Shown piece after piece: positions 59,100 to 64,000 of a stretch of DNA of 64,000 nt. Source of the DNA: Paramoeba atlantica (Eukaryota; Protista; Discosea). A model generated the notes under the pieces. That model saw only the letters and a list, made by a program, of their open reading frames with translations. It searched no databases and was not told where the DNA came from. Position 1 is the stretch's first letter. The number at the start of each line of letters is the position of its first letter. Made by a program: the position numbers and the translations under genes. Where the stretch lies: assembly GCA_977017575.1 (NCBI GenBank), contig CDRNVI010000040.1, forward strand, positions 744,001 through 808,000. The letters run 5' to 3'.

Positions 59100-59960
59100 G
59101 CCATTGCCTTTAACGTAAACGACGTTATGTCCATCATGATGTCTCTGAATAGAGCATCTTTTATTTCCACCGTTTTGGAGGGTTTCATCACAAACAATGT
59201 GTGAATTGATGATAATATTCTCAATCAGTTGAAAAGATGTGAGTGTTAGCGTGGAGCACTGATTCACACGTTCCAGCTCATCATCGCATGAGCTCTGTTA
59301 CTCTCAGCTTGTGTGATTCGAAGTCGAAAAAGCCCGAGCTTCAGCATGCCGCGGATGGCGGTAAAAATGCTTTTGAAGCCCCTTAAACGTGAACATTTGC
59401 TCGGTGGCGCACAAAGTGCACTTGAACTTGTTCTGTTCGCAGTGGAGGGCGAATTCGATCCAGTCGACTTTTGTTTGAACATAACGTGTATGCTCACTTG
59501 ATACCAAATGGTATTCATCTGCTGGGATAATACCCGTTGTTCCTTGAATCTGTGCGAAATACGTACATACTTCGCACAGAGGAACATTCGTATCAGTTGG
59601 GAGCACCTGTGAAGGGTGTCCCATACTGAGTATGTGTCGCATCATAGGTTTGACACTTTGCTTACGTATGGCGTGGAGTGCACCACATACGATCCAATGG
59701 AGAAACTTACGTGAAACCCCCGTTTAGGATGTAGATACGCCATTTCCCGGTGTTTCAGAGAATTCGCGCGAGTCGTATCCACCATGACTGGCGGTAAATC
59801 TTGCAAGATAGCAAAGTAATTGCAAGGAATACATAAATGCATTCCTTCGCAATGCTGTGCTACATGCTTGGTCATAGCCTCTTTTTCAAGAGGTGTTTCG
59901 GAACACCCAAGCAGTTTGCACTGGTATGTGTTTTCCGTTTCAAGGACATTTTCTGTCCAA
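59100..59960 (-). pseudogene. Multi-C2H2 zinc-finger fragment
   Basis: CKLLGC...KHVAQH, CIPCNYFA, CEVCTYFA...EH and CTLC...QKHFYRH across ORFs 59642..60208 and 59304..59645. Confidence 0.6.
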
Positions 59961-59989
59961 AATGCGTGCCACTTCTTGTGCTCAGAGCA

Positions 59990-60282
59990 CTTTGCAGGAT
60001 TGTGCTTCTTGTGCGGCATGCGCCCCGCACCTAAGAACATATTCTCACTAGTGAAGTACCTCCATACCACATGGAGCCGAGATCCGACTCTAACTGACTT
60101 TATCAGTGCTCGCGTCACCCTCTGGCGAAGTTTAGCAGGTCCTCTCCGCTGTGGTGGGCGAAAAAGAACCCCCCGAGCACGCTTGGTTCGTGTAAGAGTT
60201 TCAAACATCTCTGTCTCCTTACACGCGCCGGAAGCATTCGCAATATTTTTATAATCATATTATAAAAATGGTGTTCTTATAG
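59990..60282 (-). mobile_element. LINE L-j 5' remnant (L-i subfamily)
   Basis: Matches 45945-46185. It has one array unit, the hairpin tttttataat-atg-attataaaaa and an ATT start. Confidence 0.85.
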
Positions 60283-60285
60283 AAA

Positions 60286-60503
60286 CCCAGATTGAAAGGG
60301 GCGAGGGAGATACGAAGCAACAGGCGTGGCGGATTCCCACTGAAAAGAAATGGTATATCCCTGGACGAAGTTTGTCTCCGAGCTAGCACGCGCAAAGGCT
60401 TTACTCGTGCGGAGTAAAGTAACTCCGGGGGGATACCATTTCTTTTCAGTGGGAATCTGCAACGCCTGTTGCTTCGTATCTCCCTCGCCCCTTTCAATCT
60501 GGG
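60286..60503. mobile_element. MITE M2, complete
   Basis: Both TIRs are present. Confidence 0.88.
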
Positions 60504-60509
60504 CTATCT

Positions 60510-60655
60510 CCCAGCTGGCCACCCTTCCACAACATGGCCAGCTCGCCACCCTTGTGTGCAGCTTGCCCCTGCATCTACATTGCATTACTGCAGTCACGTG
60601 GCAGTGCACTTACTCTCGCACGTGCCACTGCATCTACACTGCGTTCACTGCCTCA
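60510..60655 (+). repeat. R2 satellite fragment
   Basis: cagctggccacccttccacaacatgg and cacgtg units. Confidence 0.75.
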
Positions 60656-60656
60656 G

Positions 60657-61040
60657 TGGAGGTGGCGGAGTGGCAAGAATTCAAAGTTTGAAGCACATGG
60701 TGCTCAGGCGGCGAGTTCAAACCCGCTCATCGCAATATTCCTGGCGGCCTCACTCTAAGAGGCTGGGCTGATAACCGACTAGGCCCAGTACTCGGAGGAC
60801 CGTCCCGGACCCTCCCCTCAGGGAACCAGCTCCTTACCCGGCTCACACCTCTTGGGTAAACCGTGTTGACGTACAATTCGTCGACGCAGCGTGTTGGCAA
60901 CAGCACGTTGGTGCCGCCTTGGACAAGCGGAAACTGGTAGAGGACGTCGGTCTCGGAACTTCCAAATCTGTCTGTGAAGGGTCTGGCTTGCCAGTGACCA
61001 TCCGGAGCAATCCGGAATGATTTGGATTTTTTTTGGATTT
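60657..61040 (+). mobile_element. SINE-B, full length
   Basis: TSD tcactgcctca on both sides. Confidence 0.9.
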
Positions 61041-61054
61041 TCACTGCCTCACGT

Positions 61055-61490
61055 CCAAATCCAATCCAAATCATTCCGGATTGCTCCGGATGGTCACTGG
61101 AAAGCCAGACAAATCCAAATCCAAATCATTCCGGATTGCTCCGGATGGTCACTGGCAAGCCAGACCCTTCACAGACAGATTTGGAAGTTCCGAAGCCGAC
61201 GTCCTCTACCAGTTTCCGCTTGTCCAAGGCGGAACCAACGTGCTGTTGCCAACACGCTGCGTCGACGAACTGTACGTCAACACGGCTTACCCAAGAGGTG
61301 TAAGCCGGGTAAGGGAGCTGGTTCCCTGAGGGGAGGGTCCGGGACGGTCCTCCGAGTACTGGGCCTAATCGGTTATCAGTCCAGCCTCTTAGAGTGAGGC
61401 CGCCAGGAATATTGCGATGAGTGGGTTTGAACTCGCCGTCTGAGCACCATGTGCTTCAAACTTTGTGTTCTTGCCACTCCGCCACCTCCG
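61055..61490 (-). mobile_element. SINE-B, full length, with its 3' end duplicated
   Basis: Tail-to-tail with the 60657 copy. 61055-61090 repeats 61115-61160. Confidence 0.9.
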
Positions 61491-61643
61491 CCTTTGGCAA
61501 ACTACCACAAAACTGGAACAGCATCTCCCGGTTTGTAGAGCATTCTGATGTGACAAAAGGATCTTTAACGGTTGATACCGTTCCAGTTTTGTGGTAGTTT
61601 GCCAAAGGTCCCTTTAGTATCTCCCTCGACCACTTTAGCCTGG
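61491..61643. mobile_element. MITE M3 variant, left TIR cut by SINE-B
   Basis: cctttggcaaactaccacaaaactggaac and gttccagttttgtggtagtttgccaaagg...tatctccctcgaccacttt. Confidence 0.8.
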
Positions 61644-61647
61644 GTTT

Positions 61648-62515
61648 AATTGCGGTGGTTGTATAACTACCGCTCTAACCTCGATTATTGCAAGAAAAAG
61701 TGAACAAAACAGTGAAAATATAAAGAGAAGCACAGTAATATACACACGGGGGGGGGTCCAGGTGAGCACGAGCAAATGTTTTTTAAAAAAAATATTTTTC
61801 GAAACAAAACCGCAGAAGCGGTAGCCGGGGTCTTGGCGCGCATTTTCCACCCCCCTGCCCGGGGGTGTTTTCCACCCGTGCCCGGGGGGTTTTCCACCAC
61901 CCATCGTGTGCGCAGGACGGGTCCGCCAAGTTCGGATTTTTTCGGAAAAAAAAATCGAAAAAAATTTCAACTTGGCGAAAACAATGGCAAAAAAAATATT
62001 TTTCCAAAATCGTTTCCTCTATTGTATTTTGATTAGTTTGGGGCCTACACTAGCTTTCTCGGCCGTTGTTTTCACAAGGTATCCTTTCTTCAAGCCGTGG
62101 TGCTCCCTCAAAATGACCCATTTTGACTAAAAAAGGTGAAAAAGTATTTTTCGGACCTAGAGGGGCATTTTTGTGTCGAAAGAATGGTATGGTTGGAGTC
62201 GCATTCTCTACCAAATACGTTCTGTAGGCTTTGATTCGTGGCTACGAGTGATTTCCCGCACGAAAATGTCGGATTTAGTGCTCTGAGAGCAAAATTACCC
62301 AAAAATGACCCCATTTTTACCTGAAAATCGGCTATTTTGGGTATAATCTTTCCGTTTTCTTCAGCTTTCCAGGCCAAATTTTCTTTTTTAGGCTCTTCGT
62401 TAAACGCGGAGGTCGTTTTCAACTCGACACGCGCAGCACAAGTTACTTGTGCATGAGTGACTTCTAAGTTGAAAACAACCACCGCATTTAACGAAGAGCC
62501 TAAAAAAGAATAAAA
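61648..62515 (-). mobile_element. R1 copy (diverged)
   Basis: Both ends are present, with an extra palindrome gcacaagttacttgtgc inside the terminal hairpin. Confidence 0.85.
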
Positions 62516-62759
62516 TTGTAAACTTCGTCACCGGTAGTGTCATTTTCTCGACCGACACCGCTTAAAAATACACTAATTTTTACGAGCACTGTATATGGCA
62601 TATCCTGTCACTGAACTTACGTAGGCATTGATTTTACAATTCTAAATCAATTGAAATACAAACGAGCACGACTTTTTTGACCCCTTTTTTTCTCTCTCTC
62701 GTACTCTAAAACACGTTTTCACACCACAACCCTCAAATCTATTTTTTTCCTTCAAAAAC

Positions 62760-63045
62760 CCTTCCCTACCCCTCCCAATGTCTCTCCCACCCCCATCCCA
62801 AAACCCCCCAACCCCCCCAATCCCCTCTCCCAAAACGAAAACCAAAACCCCACCCCCTCCCACGCTCTCCAACGACCCACCACCTTCTCCCCCCCCCTCC
62901 CCCTCCCCTCCCCCCTCCCCCCCTCCCTCCTCGCCCTCTACCGCGCCCTCCTCGCGGCCTCCACCCCCTCCCCCCCCTCCCCCCCGCCCGGCCCTGGGCC
63001 GACTTCGCGGACCGTTCCGCGCTCACCCCCCCCGCCTCCCCCCCG
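62760..63045. repeat. C-rich low-complexity tract
   Basis: Runs of cccctccc; the Pro-rich and Gly/Arg-rich ORFs over it are compositional. Confidence 0.8.
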
Positions 63046-63054
63046 ACGGGAATT

Positions 63055-63375
63055 GTTTCGGAAATTGTTTTTTGAAAAAAAATTCAACTTGGCGAAAAAA
63101 ATGACAAAAAAAATATTTTTCCAAAATCGTTTCCCCTATTGTATTTTGATAGTTTGTGGGACCTACACGAGCTTTCTCCGCAGTTGTTTTCTCAAGGTAT
63201 CCCTTCTTCGAACCGTGGTGCGCCCTCAAAATGACCCATTTTTGACTAAAAAAGGTGAAAAAGTATTTTTCGAACCTAAAGAGGCATTTTTGTGTCGAAA
63301 GAATGGTATGGTTGGAGTCGCATTTTCTACCCAATACGTTCGGCAGGCTTTCATTCATGCCTACGAATGATTTCC
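63055..63375 (+). mobile_element. R1 internal fragment (opposite orientation to the 16150 copy)
   Basis: Matches 44320-44620. Confidence 0.8.
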
Positions 63376-63406
63376 CACGCGCAATTACAACCACCGCAAT
63401 AACCGG

Positions 63407-64000
63407 ATTGCGGTGGTTGTAAAACTACCGCTCTACACTCGATTATTGAAAAAAAAGTGAACAAAAACAGTGAAAATATAAAGGGGAACACAGTAATATA
63501 ATAGAAGAAAAAAATATAAAAGGGGGCTCCGGCGGTCCAAAACTGAAAAAAAAAATTGAAAAAAATGGGGGGTCCAGGGGGGGGCATGGTCGAGCAAATT
63601 TTTTCGAAAAAATTAGTTTTCGAAAAAGAACCGCAGAAAGGGTAACCGGGGTCTTGGCGCGCATTTTCCACCCCCCTACCCGGGGTGACCCCCCCGCGTA
63701 TCCGCAGGACGGATCCGCCAAGTTCGGATTTTTTCGGAAAAAAATTTTTGAAAAAAATTTCAACTTGGCGAAAAAAATGACAAAAAAAATATTTTTCCAA
63801 AATCGTTTCCCCTATTGTATTTTGATAGTTTGGGACCTACACTAGCTTTCTACGCAGTTGCTTTCGCAAGGTATCACTTCTAACCGTGGTGCGCCCCTCA
63901 AAATGACCCATTTTTGACTAAAAAAGGTGAAAAAGTATTTTTCGGACCTAAAGGGGCATTTTTGTGTCGAAAGAATGGTGTGGTTGGAGTCGCATTCTCT
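63407..64000 (-). mobile_element. R1 copy running off the window
   Basis: Matches 43940-44560. Confidence 0.88.

Noticed and set aside
60740-60830. Hammerhead or HDV-like ribozyme in the SINE core (ctgataa, GC-rich helices)
   Set aside because: The core is not CUGANGA, there is no correctly placed GAAA, and I could not build the HDV double pseudoknot by eye. An Infernal search would settle it.
62640-64000. Telomeric or subtelomeric end
   Set aside because: No TTAGGG-type array is present; the C-rich tract is irregular.

Overview
This 64-kb window is a eukaryotic, probably protist, nest of transposable elements. I found no housekeeping gene, rRNA, CRISPR array or prokaryotic operon. The dominant component is a family of single-ORF non-LTR retrotransposons with the order: unrecognised ~130-aa N-terminal domain, APE endonuclease, RTE-like RT, RNase H, basic tail. 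It is present as at least five diverged subfamilies. Also present: tRNA-headed SINEs of two main types plus variants, which share a central core; CRE-like and HERO-like RLE retrotransposon remnants; a decayed Helitron with a C-terminal Ulp1-type protease; a ~930-bp hairpin-capped non-coding element that inserts without a TSD; two related MITEs; a satellite-bearing repeat rich in E-box motifs; and an IS30-like HTH fragment. The most striking signal is at the 5' ends. Every LINE copy with an intact 5' end starts with a tandem array of its own 17-18-bp unit, followed by an AT-rich hairpin abutting the start codon. The unit sequences differ between subfamilies, but the length and the hairpin are kept. 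Two SINE copies show the same 18-nt reiteration of their 5' ends. This suggests the retrotransposition machinery repeatedly copies the first ~18 nt of its RNA template (hypothesis). All assignments come from motif reading by eye; no database searches were run, and many boundaries are approximate.
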